NCBI GenBank assembly: GCA_964016885.1
Contig: OZ024740.1
Span: 206,956,001-207,020,000 of the forward strand
From: Eledone cirrhosa
Lineage: Eukaryota
Direction: 5' to 3'
Length of the DNA: 64,000 bases
Shown here: positions 25,441 to 41,240 of the stretch, piece after piece
Layout: each line of letters begins with the position of its first letter
Position numbering within the stretch: position 1 is the stretch's first letter
Notes under the pieces: model-generated
Database searches by the model: none
Told to the model about the DNA's origin: nothing
What the model saw: the letters and a program-made list of their open reading frames with translations, nothing else
Program-made: the position numbers and the translations under genes

Positions 25441-27110
25441 TGTATAGTGAACAATACATATGGTGTATATATATAGTGGACAATACATATGGTGTATATA
25501 TATAGTGGACAATACATATGGTGTATATATATAGTGGACAATACATATGGTGTATATATATATAGTGAACAATACATATGGTGTATATATAGTGAACAAT
25601 ACACATGGTGTATATATATATAGTGAACAATACACATGGTGTATATATAGTGAACAATACATATGGTGTATATATATAGTGAACAATATACATGGTGTAT
25701 ATATATAGTGAACAATACATATGGTGTATATATATATAGTGAACAATACATATGGTGTATATATATATAGTGAACAATACATATGGTGTATATATATAGT
25801 GGACAATACATATGGTGTATATATATATAGTGAACAATACATATGGTGTATATATATATAGTGAACAATACATATGGTGTATATATATAGTGGACAATAC
25901 ATATGGTGTATATATATATAGTGAACAATACATATGGTGTATATATATATAGTGAACAATACATATGGTGTATATATATAGTGGACAATACATATGGTGT
26001 ATATATATATAGTGAACAATACATATGGTGTATATATATATAGTGAACAATACATATGGTGTATATATATATAGTGAACAATACATATGGTGTATATATA
26101 GTGAACAATACATATGGTGTATATATATAGTGGACAATACATATGGTATATATATAGTGAACAATACATATGGTATATATATAGTGAACAATGCACATGG
26201 TATATATATAGTGAACAATACATATGGTATATATATAGTGAACAATGCACATGGTATATATATAGTGAACAATACATATGGTATATATATAGTGAACAAT
26301 ACATATGGTATATATAGTGAACAATCCACATGGTATATATATAGTGAACAATACATATGGTGTATATATATAGTGAACAATATACATGGTGTATATATAG
26401 TGAACAATACATATAGTATATATATAGTGAACAATCCACATGGTATATATATAGTGAACAATACATATGGTGTATATATATAGTGAACAATATACATGGT
26501 GTATATATGGTGAACAATACATATGGTATATATATAGTGAACAATACATATGGTGTATATATATATAGTGAACAGTACATATGGTGTATATATATAGTGA
26601 ACAATACACATGGTGTATATATATATAGTGAACAATACATATGGTATATATATAGTGAACAATACATATAGTGTATATATAGTGAACAATACATATGGTA
26701 TATATATAGTGAACAGTACATATGGTGTATATATATAGTGAACAATACATATGGTGTATATATAGTGAACAATACATATGGTATATATATAGTGAACAAT
26801 ACATATGGTGTATATATATAGTGAACAATACACATGGTGTATATATATATAATGAACAATACATATGGTATATATATAGTGAACAATACATATGGTATAT
26901 GTGAACAATACTCATGGTATATATATATATACAGGGAACAATACACATGGTGTATATATAGTGAACACTGTACATAGTGTATATATAGTGAACACTGTAC
27001 ATAGTGTATATATAGTGAACACTGTTCTTGGTGTATATACAGTGAACACTGTACATAGTGTATATACAGTGAACAATACACACATTGTATATACAGGGAA
27101 TAGTGTACAC
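25441..27110. repeat. About 30-bp minisatellite with variable embedded (TA)n
   Basis: agtgaacaatacatatggtg(ta)n tandem units over about 1.7 kb, the source of the 500-600 aa spurious ORFs. Confidence 0.95.
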
Positions 27111-27226
27111 AGTGTCTTTCCACTGGTTAAAGAAATATGTTAGTTAACTATTCTTATGGAACGGTATTACAATTTCTCTGCTCTGATCTATTCCTATACC
27201 CTTAACAATATATGTGGTCATTTTAA

Positions 27227-27445
27227 CCCTTTAACATTTACATTACTCTATATTTACTATTGTATTTTCGTGGTAAAGGCTTTATCTCACATAATTATCA
27301 CATAATATTGAATCTACGAGATTTTAATATCATTTATTTTGAGAGCAATACCTTAATATCAGTATGAGTGGCCAGCTACAGCCAGTTTGAACAGAAAGAG
27401 GTGAGAGAATTCTGACCAGATACAGCCAGTTTAAATGCTAAAGAG
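27227..27445. mobile_element. piggyBac-type MITE
   Basis: TTAA|CCCTTTAACATTTA ... TAAATGCTAAAGAG|TTAA. Homologous copies at 58881-59101 and, partially, at ~2900-3040. Confidence 0.75.
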
Positions 27446-27498
27446 TTAAGGCAGATATTTATAATAAAATAACATGTTATTCCTATCTTTTTCCTCAG

Positions 27499-27599
27499 AT
27501 CTGCTACTTCCAGCCATCAATAATTCCATACCAAAATCTTGGTCCTTTTGGTGACTTTCTCAGCTACATGGTAAAACGCCAGGATATCCTGTTTTTTCT
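27499..27599 (+). CDS. TMEM254: Transmembrane protein 254, coding exon 2
   Basis: Acceptor tctttttcctcag, donor CT|GTAAGT. ICYFQPSIIPYQNLGPFGDFLSYMVKRQDILFF matches the recalled TMEM254 motif PQSIPYQNLGPLG. Phase-2 end. Confidence 0.88.
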
Positions 27600-28541
27600 G
27601 TAAGTAATTTCTATTTTTCCAGCTCATTTACCCAGATCCAACTAGCACAATTTCTCTTTTTTCTCATTTCACTCCCAACAAAACCCTGCACTAAATACTA
27701 CCCATTTCTTTCTTCCCTAAAACTGCAGCCTGCTGGAATATCCCCCCCCCCCTCTCTCTCATCTATGTATTTATCACAGACATCAACTTAGATATGAGGT
27801 ATCAACTGATTTATTTAATGGAACATATCTGCCACTTTTGACAATGTAGAAGTAGAAGAATCATTTATCAAAAGTCACTGCATGTACCAACAGTTTATCT
27901 CTGCAGGGTAAATGATTGTCAGCTAAGGTCATCATCATTGTCATTATCATCATCATCATTTAACATTCTACTAGCGAGGGTTGTACAGATCTTCACAAAA
28001 TACATCAGTACTCAAGTGGAGCTACTTTTAGATGGGCTAGGAGCTTACATCTTGCTTACATATCTTCCCAGGCTCTGCTGAGTACATTTTATCATGACAC
28101 TAGCACAAGGAAGATTGCCATGTCTTCAACACAGGTGAAGAGTCCTTCTGTCCTTTGTTTGGTAGTTTTTCTATGGCTGGATGTCCTTCATATCATCAGC
28201 CACTTGAAAGTGTGTACAAAGCAATACGTGCCAGCATTTAACTTGTTGGTGTCTATAGTAAAAACAGTTAAAAATAGGTAGAAATTATAAAACATGCATT
28301 TTTATTTAATGCATTAATATATCTTCAAATGAAGCAGAAAAGATTGGTTAAAATCCTGATTAAAATGACTTTACTTACATTGTCTGAGCTCTTTGTATCT
28401 CTTTCATCCCTCTGAGTATATATATGTATATGAGTTTATTTTTCGTGTCTCCGAACTTTTCGGTTTGCATAGGATTTGTGTATGTTTGTGTGTGTGATAT
28501 TTGTATATATATGTGTGTGTGTGTGTGTGTGTATATATGTA

Positions 28542-28591
<50 letters not shown>

Positions 28592-29275
28592 TATATGTTG
28601 ATGTGAATGTTGATATAAATTTGTATGTATAGCCATTTTTCTTTCTCATTTCACTAACATCATGTTTGGTATACATGCCCGACACTGTATGATAACCACT
28701 CCCTCGTGAATATATCATCGAACAGACAAGGGGCGGATGGAGGCTCCATAAGCCATAGTGTAGGCAACCCGTCTAGGAGAGCTACCACTCCAAATAAATT
28801 GGTGCGGGGTAGAGAAGTCCAGTAAGACAACTTCCCCAGTGCTGGTGGCACGAATAAAAGCACCCAGTCCATGCCGTAAAATGGAGGGGTGGATAGGGCC
28901 CCTGAGTCCAGTAAGACAACTTCTCTAGTGCTGGTGGCACAAATAAAAGCACCCTGTCTATGCTGTAAAGTGGTGCTGGTGTTAGGAAGGGCATCCAACC
29001 AGTATATATACTACTGCCAAAAACTGTGAGCACAATGAGTGAGATTTGCAACAACTGCGTAAACAGCAATAACACTAACCAGTGGGGTGACTGGTGCGGC
29101 CATGTGCGAGAACCCCCCCGATCATCATCAAGCAATCGCACAACAACAACTGCATAAACAGCAATAACACTAACCATGTTATGGCTGCACATGGTAGTGA
29201 GGTGGCTGGTGCGCCATATGTGAGAGCCCCACGACCGTCATCAAGCAATCGCACAACAGGAAAAAGAATGGGACG

Positions 29276-32200
29276 TTGCATCTCAGAGTTGCCACACTTA
29301 ATGTTGGCACTCTAACAGGTAGATCTGGTGAGATAGTGGAGATGCTGGAGAAAAGGCATGTGGATGTGTGCTGTGTGCAAGAGGTGAGATGGAGAGGTGC
29401 CTCTGAAAGACTAATCGCAGGCAAACATCTTAGTTATAAGCTTTTCTGGGTGGGTAATGATGATGGGTTTGGTGGGGTAGGCATATTACTGGCTGAGAGA
29501 TGGATCAATAAGACAATAGAGGTAGTTAGAGTTAGTAATAGAATAATTAAGCTTATATTAGTTGTAGGCAAGAGACTACTGACAATCATCTCTGCCTATG
29601 CTCCCCAGGCACGCCTAGGTAAAGAAGAGAAAGACTGCTTTTACGAGCAACTTTTACAAAGAGTCTCAATGACAGAGGACAGAGACATCGTTATGCTAGC
29701 AGGGAACTTCAATGGTCATGTTGGACAGTTCTAGGATAGATACACTGGGATACATGGTGGGCAGGGTTACGGCTCAAGAAGTGAAGGAGTGAGGCTTCTT
29801 GAATTTTGTGATGCAAGTGCACTAACCATTTGCTACACTAACTTCCAGAAGCCTACCAACCACCTAATAACCTATAAATCAGGCGAGCACATAAGCCAGA
29901 TTGACTTCCTGCTAGTTAGACAGCGAGACAGACAGATGGTGTCAAATACTAAGGCATACCCCGGGGAAGAATGTACCCCACAGCATAGGTTAGTTGTTAG
30001 TGACATCTCAGTAAGCAAGAGAAAGAATGAGACATACAGGAAGGTGTGGAAAAGAAAGGTCTAGAAGCTAAAAGACCTTTCATTAAAATATAAATTTAGC
30101 AAAGCCCATCAAGATGTGTATGATGAAAAAGATGATTTAGAGTTGTATGACATAGATGATAACTGGAATTTCTTGCGTGACAACTTAGTGCAGGCTACTG
30201 AAGAAACTTGTAGCTGTGGCAGAGCTTCAACCAGACAGAGAGTGACCTGGTGGTGGAACAACATGGTAGATAGGGCCATTAGAGACAAAAGACTGGCATG
30301 TAAGGCTTGGGAAAATGGTGGGAGTAGAGAAGGATACACAGCCGCTAAGAGAGAAGCTAGACATCAGGTGTACTTAGTACGCAGGGAGGCTGAGAGTAGG
30401 AGGTTTGCCAATGTTCTGCAATGGGAAGATCAAAGACGTGTAGTGTTCCGCATTGCAAGGCAGTGTGTCAGTGCAAATCCAGATGTTGTTGGAGATAAGT
30501 GTGTCCGGAATGATGCTGGTGTACTTAGTGTCATGAATGATCAAAAGAAGGAGGCCTGGAAATGTCATTATGAGAGACTGATGAATGTGGAGAACGAATG
30601 GGAGAGAGAGAAATTAACCTCAGTAGACCCGACAGAGGGAACAGCTATTGAGATTGACGAATATAGGGTACAAGAGGCAATTAAGGAAATGAAGAATGGT
30701 AAGGCTGCTGGACCGTCGGGGATAGATGCTGAAGGCATCAGGTGAAGTAGGCACTAAACTGGTTGCACGCATCATCAATCAAGCTATATATAGTGGTGTC
30801 ATACCCAAAGACTGTGCAGCAGTATTCTCATAAATTGCTACAAAGGTAAAGGGATGCTCTGGAGAGGAGCAATTATAGGGGCATAAAGTTGATGGATCAG
30901 GTTATGAAAGTGGCAGAGAGAATATTAGCGCAACTGATTAGAGAAAGGGTCAAATTAGATGAGATGCAGTATGGTTTTGTGCCTCGGAAAAGTACAACAG
31001 ATGCCCTCTTCTTAGTGAGGCAACTACAAGAGAGGTTCTTTGAGAAGAATAAGCCACTATACTTAGCTTTTGTTGACCTAGAGAAGTCCCTAAGGAAACT
31101 AGGTGTAGCGGAATGGCTTGTGAGGACAGTGCAAGCTATGTACAGGGATGCTGTCAGTAAAGTGAGAGTAGCAATGGAGTTTAGTGAGGAATTCCAGATA
31201 CAAGTAGGTGTACATCAGAGTTCGGTCCTCAGCCCGTTTTTGTTCATTATAGTCGTCCAAGACATAACAGAGGAGTTTAAGACTGAATGCCCATGGGAAC
31301 TTCTCTATGCTGATGATCTGGTTCTTATAGCAGAATCAGTAGAGGAGCTAGATAATAAATTCTGGTTATGGAAACAACAGTTGGAATCAAGAGGATTGAG
31401 AGTGAACATAGCTAAGACAAAAGCGTTGATCAGTAGAAGAGAGGACAATACTCTGATTCCATCAGGGAAATGGCCATGTTCGATATGTAGGAAAGGAACT
31501 CGCATAAACTCCATAAAATGTACGCAATGCAGTTTGGGTACACAAGAGATGTAGTGGGATAGCAGGCAAACTAACAGGTAGGGAAAATTACGTATGCAGT
31601 AGATGTACAGGGAAAGTTGGAAGTAGTAATCCCAGTGATAGACACATTTTTCCAATGCAGGTGGGTTCTATAGAAGTGGTTGATAGCTTCCGGTACCTAG
31701 GTGATCAGATTTGCATGGGAGGGGGTGTTCCGAGGCCATAGTATCTAGAATAAGGACGGGTTGGAAGAAGTTTAGGGAGCTGCTTCCTCTGTTGACAAAA
31801 AAGCGTTTCTCCCTGCATACAAAAGGACGGTTATATAATGCTTGTGTGAGATGCACGATGCTGCATGGTAGTGAGACATGGGCAGCAACTGCAGAGGATA
31901 TGCGACGGCTGGAGAGAAATGAAGCAAGCATGCTCCGTTAGATGTGCAATGTCAATGTGCGTGAACGACCAAGCATAGACGAGTTGAGAAAGAAACTGGG
32001 ATAAGAAGGATAAGTTGTGGTGTGCAGGAGAGAAGACTGAGATGGTATGGATATGTGATGCGCATGGAGGATGACCGCTGGGTAAAGAAGTGCCAAAAAA
32101 TCCCAGTAGAAGGAAGACGCAGTAGAGGTAGACCACGAAAAATATGGGCGGAGGTGGTGAGAGCAGACCTCAGATTGCTGAAACTCATGGAGGAGATGAC

Positions 32201-32300
32201 GAAGGACCATGACAAGTGGAGAGATGCTGTGCTGAATAGGACCTGTCCCACCCTTGCAGGCAGGAAAAAGCGAACGTAAAATGATGATGATGATGATGAT
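29276..32300 (+). mobile_element. Near full-length RTE-clade LINE (APE endonuclease, RT, Cys/His finger), disrupted
   Basis: RVATLNVGTL..CVQEVRW, ISAYAPQ, GNFNGHVG, QIDFLL, PQHRLV (APE); QYGFVP, AFVDLEK, LLYADDLVL (RT); RRLRWYG..GRPRK; (ATG)n tail. Several stops and frameshifts. Confidence 0.92.
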
Positions 32301-33038
32301 ATATGTGTGTGTGTCTGTGTGTGTGACATTATGTTGCAGTAACATGCATGTGTGAAGTACCTCGTGGTATTGTGAGATCGTCAACCTATTAGTATATATA
32401 TGTTGGGTCACTCTTGAGTGCTACTGGTAACAGGTAACCCAGTACAACCTGTCGCATGGTCGGGTCGTTGGTGACTAAACCGGCAACCCCACCAAGTTTA
32501 CTTGGTGAGGAGGGTGATTTTGGACACCCTGCAGGACAAAAAACAAAACCTGACAAAGAGCAGGAGAACTCATAAGAGTCAATGGCCATCCAAAAATGTG
32601 TAAATATGTATATACATGTATGCATGTGTATATATGTATATATATATACGTATATATATATATGTATGCATGTGTATGTATATGCACGGTTAAACCACTG
32701 GGAGTGAAGGACCTCTAGCCTTTGTCAGGACATTCTTCTAGGAGAAGGCAACTCAGGAAATTGGGATAACTCCAACATAAAACATACGGCTCAGTAGTTA
32801 CCGATAATGTTGATCTTTTCTTCTTTTCGGGTTATAGATAAGTCGCTCAGAGAGTGGGATTGGCTCAGTTCACAGTCTTTCCTCACTTTAAAAAAAATCT
32901 TCACGCACAGGCATTGCACGATAGCATTAATTGATAATTATCAATAATGCAATGGGCATACTCGATAACGATGGGGCAGCCATCATATATATATATAATC
33001 ATTGTGTTAATGTCTGCTCTCTCTGATAGCAAGATGTA

Positions 33039-33089
<51 letters not shown>

Positions 33090-33201
33090 ATGTATATATA
33101 TATATGTATATATATAGGTATTAAATGTGCAAATTAATTGTGTCCGTAGGCGGTATGCCAAAATGCTCGGGGGGTGCAGAGTATCAATAATAATAATAAT
33201 A

Positions 33202-33289
33202 ATATCTGAGGAGCTTCCGATTCCAGAGTCAGGATCAATCATTAATTAATTGTTCCTCGAGGTGATCGACAGTGAAACATTTGCAATAT
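33202..33289 (+). ncRNA. Possible degenerate hammerhead with extended stem II
   Basis: ATAT-CTGAGGA-GCT...AGT-GAAAC ATTT GCA-ATAT, with self-complementary pairs (cgatt/gatcg, agga/tcct, caat/attg) in stem II. The cleavage triplet is mutated. Confidence 0.4.
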
Positions 33290-33366
33290 GTAATTAAATA
33301 TGTATATGATGCAGCACTGATTATTTGTTGCCTTATATATTATTATTATAATTATTATTAGAAACC

Positions 33367-35176
<1,810 letters not shown>

Positions 35177-35319
35177 CTTAGGTTAGTAGGAGTTAGGTAT
35201 TATATACCCGTGTCCCATTAAGGTATTGGCAGCATAATAATTAGCTCTATGCTTTGGAGCAGAGCCGTATATATGAAAAAGAACACAAGAGCGTCTACAA
35301 CATCAAAAGATTTTTATTG

Positions 35320-35365
35320 GCTAACAATGTTTCTTCCTTACGTAACCGTAGGATTCATCAGAGCT
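35320..35365 (-). ncRNA. Type I hammerhead ribozyme
   Basis: Reverse strand GCT-CTGATGA-ATCCTACG gtta CGTAAGGAA-GAAAC ATT GTT-AGC, followed by AATAAA. Confidence 0.7.
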
Positions 35366-36884
35366 ATAAAAGGGGTTTGATTGGTGTTATGGACTCTACC
35401 AACCAAACACCCAAGAACAAAGAGTAAAGAGAGTAAAGAGCAAAAGTAGGGGACGATAAGTCTAATTTTGGTGCGGGAGGGTGGGGTGTTGGTCCTTGTT
35501 TACTAGCTGCGGTCATATTCATTCCCGGGGGTCGGGTGGTTAGCTGAACCATAGATGGGGTGGCGTGGATAGTATGGTGCAGAGGGTGCGCAGAGGCTAC
35601 ACAAACACAAAGGGCGTAGAATACATATATACATATAGCGGAGGAGAAGGTACATGAGGTAATTAGAAATGGAAAAAGAGTAATAATAATAATCTATAAT
35701 TAATAGTGTATAATAAGGCATGGGGAAGATTACACTATAATAAGGTATAAAGGTAAGAATAAGGTAAAATATAAAGGAGGATAAAAGTGGAAATAATAAT
35801 AAAGATAAAAAATATATAGAGAATATATAAGGAAATATAAGCGAATATTTGGAGGGGAAAACACAATGTAAAAAAACCGATTTTTTTTCAAACAATAATA
35901 AAAAATAATAAAAATATAATAATTATGGGGGGAGAAAACAGGATAGAGAAATATGATCAAGTGTGATTCGTTGAGAGAATATAGGATGATAACAGTTGTG
36001 TCCAGTTTATACATCTTAATAATAAATAATAAACAATATGTGTATCAGAGTTGCAGAACCTTCAATTCACTTACGGGTTCAAGCCACGTGGCATGGTCCA
36101 TTGTTTATCTGTGCGGTCATGTGCGCACATGACCGCACAGATAAACAATGGATCGTGTATATAATCAAATGCTGTGTGCAGGAGAGAAGACTGCAGTTGT
36201 ATGGTCATGTGACGCACATGAAGGATGACAGCTATTTAAAAAATTGCAGTGCGTTAGAGGCTGTACGATGCCCCAAAAGAGGAAGACCCAGGAAGACGTA
36301 GGATGAAACAATAAAGGTGGACCTGGCTCAGCTGAATCTCCCAAAGGGGATGTTACAGGACTGAGACTTCTGGCATTACAATGTATGACAAAAGACCCGT
36401 ATTTACAACTAAACCCAGGATTTGGCTCATAACGGTGCCATCCATGTAAACATGATCGACGGAGGCCCACCCAGTAACATGGTTCCTATTATGTGTAGAG
36501 CTTGGCATGGCCAACTGGTCCAACCTCCCTTATAAACTATTGTTCTGCAGTGAGCAGGGTACAGCGTGGTCAACTAGCCTGTCTTTACTCATAACGGTCC
36601 ATCCAGTTCTACACTGAAAGTGTGGTTGTAGCTCCCAAACTTTGGTTTCGCTGTGAAAAGGGTTGGGCGCAGCCAACTGGCCTGTCCCTCATAATGGTGC
36701 CATCAATTTCCACGCAGTAAATGTGGTTGGTGTTAGGAAGGGCATTCAGCTGTAAAAATCCTGACCAAATTTAGAGTTTTATCTGAGCAAGGCATGGTGC
36801 AGCCAATCTGGCCAGACTTGTCTCATGACATGGACGACCCGTCTAACCCATGCAATCATGGAAAATGGACATTAAACAGTGATG

Positions 36885-37720
36885 TAGAAACAGTAGACAG
36901 CCTTTGTTACCTAGGTAACTGAATTAACAGTGGAGGTAGGTGTTTGGAAAGTACAGTAACCAGGGTAAGAACGGGGTGGAAGAAGTTCAGGGAGCCACTG
37001 CTAGCTGCAAAAGGCTTTTCCCTCAAAATGAAAGGCAGACTGTATCATGTGTGCATACGAACAACAATGCTACATGATAGTGAGACCTGGGTGTTGTGCG
37101 TAGAAGTCTTGCGCAGATTAGAAAGAAACGAAGCTTGCGTGATCCAATGGATGTGTTATATATGCAAACGACAAAGCATAAACGAATTGAGAGAGATACT
37201 GAGCATAAGAGGAGTCAAATGCTGTGTGCAGGACGGGAGGTTGCGTTGGTATAGACATGGATGCGTATGAAAGATGACAGCTGCATAAAAAGGTACAGAG
37301 CACTAGAAGTCGATGGAAGCCGTGGAGTAGGGAGACCCAAGAAAACCTGGGATGAGGTGATAAAAGCTGACCTTACCCAATTGCACCTCTCAAAGGCGAT
37401 GACACACAACCGTGACCTGTGGCATCACGCAGTAATACAGAAGACCCGACTTCCCATGAGTACAAGCTGAAGCTCAAGCATATGGACAATATGACCCCCA
37501 CTGCAAAGTGGTCGTGGAGGTGCCACGGCAAAAAAGCACCCAGCATTCACTGTAAATGAGGTTGGTGTTAGGAAGGGCATCCAGCTGTAGAAATCATGCC
37601 AGAATCAGTTCCAGTATGAGCAAGACAAGGTCAGCCAATAGGACACTGCCCACAACAGGACAACCCGTCTAACCCATGCTAGTGTGGAAGAACGGACGTA
37701 AAACGGTGATGATGATGATA
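36885..37720 (+). mobile_element. RTE LINE 3' fragment
   Basis: RVRTGWKKFRE..KGRLY..GRPKKTW, shared 3' UTR, (ATG)n tail. Confidence 0.85.
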
Positions 37721-38214
37721 TTTATATATATATATACACAACACACACATATCCAAGTTCTACACAACTTACAAAGAAGCCAGCATCTAAATTGTTGGTG
37801 TCTGTACTAAAAAAACTCCTGAAAATAGACTACTGTAGAAATTATAAAACAGCTTGGTATTTTTATATTAATTCTAGTTATTAAATTGTTTCACAATTTT
37901 AAGGACATAACTTCACTGCTGTTTTAGATAATGGTGAATTACCAGAACATGGACAACCTTGATCTTGACATATTTCATATTTTATCAATGCAATTGCATA
38001 TTGTTCAGATTTAAACAAATATTAATAATTTTCTTATAAATGAAACTTTTCTTGGTACAAATCCTGTTCATATATCTTTGTTAATAAATTGTCAAAATTC
38101 TGATTTAAGTGATTGTTTTCTTACAATGACTGAACTCAGTTGGTATAGGATGATCTTTCTATTATAGTCAATTGCACAGATCATAAATTACGTCTCTCTT
38201 TTTTTTCTCTCAAT

Positions 38215-38263
<49 letters not shown>

Positions 38264-38334
38264 TATAAGAATATAGAATATAGATATTAATATAAGAATA
38301 TAGATATAAGAATATAGATAAAGAATATAGATTT

Positions 38335-39402
38335 TATATGTGGCCGGTGCTCTGGTGCAATAAGTAGCAGCAAATGCTCACAGAATACTAGCTCATTCCA
38401 TTGCCCAGATGGTTCTATAGAAATAGTGGATACCTTCCGTTACCTGGGTGACAAAATCAGCAGTGGTGGAGGGTGCTCCGAAAGTACTGTAGCTAGAGTC
38501 AGAACGGGATGGAAAAAGTTCAGAGAGCTTATACCACTATTGGCCGCTAAGGGTTTCTCTCTAAAAATGAAGGGCAGGCTGTATGATGCCTGCATACGAA
38601 CAGCGATGTTACATGGCAGTGAGACATGGGCCTTGTGTGCAGAGGATCTATGCAGACTGGAGAGGAACGAAGCTTGCATGCTCCGTTGGATGTGTAATAG
38701 TAATATACGCGAACGGCAAAGCATAAATGAACTAAGTGAGAAATTAGGTATAAGAGGGATCAGATGCTGTTTACTTGAGAGAAGACTACGTTGGTATGGT
38801 CACGTGATGCGCATGAAAGACGACAGCTGTATAAAAAAGTACAGGGCAATCAAAATAGACGGTAGCTACGGAGTAGGCAGACCCAGAAAAACCTGGGATG
38901 ACTTGATAAATTCCGACCTCACACACTTACACCTCTCCAAGACAATGTCACTGGACCGAGATCTTTGGCGCTACACAGTAATACAGAAAACCTGCCTTGC
39001 CTAAGTACAAAGCGAAACCTACAGTCAGTAGGCACCTCTTAATCAAAGATACACACACCCTCCCACTACCCTAACTACCCCACCCCCACCAACATCACTC
39101 CTTTCTCTGTATAGTTATGTTGGTACCACAACATCCAGTCCTAAATAAATGAGGTTGTGTAGGTGTCATGACAAAAAAACACGGTCCCCCTCTGTAATGT
39201 GGCCGTGTAGGTAACACAGTAAAAACCTCCCAGTCCACACTGTAAACGTGGTTGGTGTTAGGAAGGGCATCTAGCCGTAGAAAACCTGCCAGACAATCCC
39301 ATACAAGCAAGACGACCAATCTTGTCTCAAGTGGGATAATTCCCGTCTAAACCCATGCTAGCATGGAAGATAGACGTTAAACAATGATGATGATGATGAT
39401 GA
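38335..39402 (+). mobile_element. RTE LINE 3' fragment
   Basis: ORF 38426-39004 is the RTE C-terminus; (ATG)n tail. Confidence 0.9.
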
Positions 39403-39539
39403 TACTTGCCGAATTACTCGTGCCTTGCTGCATTTCACACATTTTTTTTTGTAAGAAAATGATGAATGATTTTAAATCAGTGATATAATTTATGGAGAAA
39501 AAATAAAGGGAAAATGTTAAAAAAGTAGAGGCATTAAGT

Positions 39540-39730
39540 AATAATTGTTTCTACTTTAGGCACAAGGCCAGCAATTACCCAGTGCATTACTGGTACTTTA
39601 TTTTATCGACCCCGTAAGGATGAAAGGCAAAGTCAACCTTGGCGGAATTTGAACTCAACTGTAAAGGGACGTAACTATGCTGGAAAGCATAGTGTCCGAC
39701 CCTCTACCGATACTGCCAATCCACCACCCT
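39540..39730 (-). mobile_element. SINE family A full copy
   Basis: Same sequence as the other family A copies, including the tRNA-like head GGATTGGCAGTATCGGTAGAG. Further tandem copies at 49255-49560. Confidence 0.85.
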
Positions 39731-40882
39731 CAAGTAATAATGTTTGTTGTCATAATTCTAGTGATGTTTTGCCATAGATAAAATGTCTAAATTAGCCAAA
39801 TTTTACTATAAAAGAGAGGTGCTTATTTTGTTGATTTACATTTAATTAATAGAAAAACCCCGTGATAATAGAGGTTCCAATACTCAAGTTATGGGATTCC
39901 AAAATGTTTACTATAGGGAGTTTAACCCCCATTAGGGTGTCTTAATATTATTGAAATTTGCTGTGAATAGGCATCATATCTTGTCATTTACCTATGGTTT
40001 AAAATTCATATAAATCGAAAGGAAAACATTTTCAGCAGGGGGTTGTGCCCTTGGGAAACCCTTTGATTAAAATGAAATATACTTATCCAAGTATCTTGGG
40101 CAATGTAGTTTCAGAATATATATGGTTATGGGGGTCTATCTCCAAAACCATAGGAGGAGTTTGTGAACAAACAAACAAACAGACAGACAGAAACTACAAC
40201 TTTATATATATATAAACACAAGTGAACACACACACACACATATTTATATGTGTGTGTGTGTGACATGATATTGTATACCATGCATGTGTGAAGCACCTTG
40301 TGGTGATGTGAGATTGTCAACCTATTAGTGTATATATCATCATCGTTTTAACATCCTCTTTCTCTGCTAACACGATGTATATGTATGTGTCTGTATATAT
40401 ATCATCATCATCATCAACGTTTAACGTCCGTGTTCCATGCTTGCATGGGTTTGGACGGGGGTAGTCCCACTTGAGGCAAGAGTGATTGTCTTGCTCGCAT
40501 AGGACTGTCTGGCAGGTTTTCTGGCCACATTACAGCGTGGACTGTGTGTTTTTTTGTCGTGACACCTACACGATCTCATTTGTTTCGGCCTGGATGGCGC
40601 GGCACCAACATAACTTTACATAGAACGGGGTGGTGTGGATGGGGTGGGGGTGGTGTGGATGGGGTGGGGGTGGTGGTGGTGGGACGGGGTGTATTTTGTT
40701 AGAGATGCCTACTGGCTGGAGTAGGTTTTACTATATATTTAGGTAAGGCGGGTCTTCTCTGTTACTGAGTACCGCCATATATATATAAATGTTATTCATT
40801 CTGACGACTGAAGACAGATAAAAATATCTGTCTTCAAGAAACCACTGGTAAATGAAATAATCATCCTATGTTGTTTATTACA

Positions 40883-40917
<35 letters not shown>

Positions 40918-40919
<2 letters not shown>

Positions 40920-41240
40920 AGGCACATGGCTTAGTGGTTAGAGCATTGGCCTTGCAATCGAAAGGTTGTGAGTTCAATTCTCAGACCGGGTGATGTGTTG
41001 TTTCCTTGAGCAAGACACTTTATTTCACATTGCTCCAGTTTACTCAGCTGTAGAAATGAGATGATAGGGACTGCAAAGTGGTCGTGGAGGTGCCACGGCA
41101 TAAAAGCACCCAGCACTCACTGTAAATGAGGTTGGTATTAGGAAGGGCATCCAGCTGTAGAAATCAAGCCAGAATCAGTTCCCGTCCCACCCTTGCAAGC
41201 AGGGAAAAGTGGACGTAAAATGATGATGATGATGATGATG
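40918..41240 (+). mobile_element. tRNA-derived SINE family B with RTE-derived tail
   Basis: A-box TGGCTTAGTGG, B-box GAGTTCAATTC, CCTTGAGCAAGACACTT core, and a tail shared with the RTE 3' UTR. Near-identical copy at 50095-50435 and a related reverse copy at ~61085-61325. Confidence 0.85.

Noticed and set aside
25336-27123. ORFs of 503-595 aa in all three minus frames
   Set aside because: Artefact of a stop-free minisatellite.
40918-40995. tRNA gene
   Set aside because: A/B boxes are present but there is no proper acceptor stem; it is the head of a multi-copy SINE.
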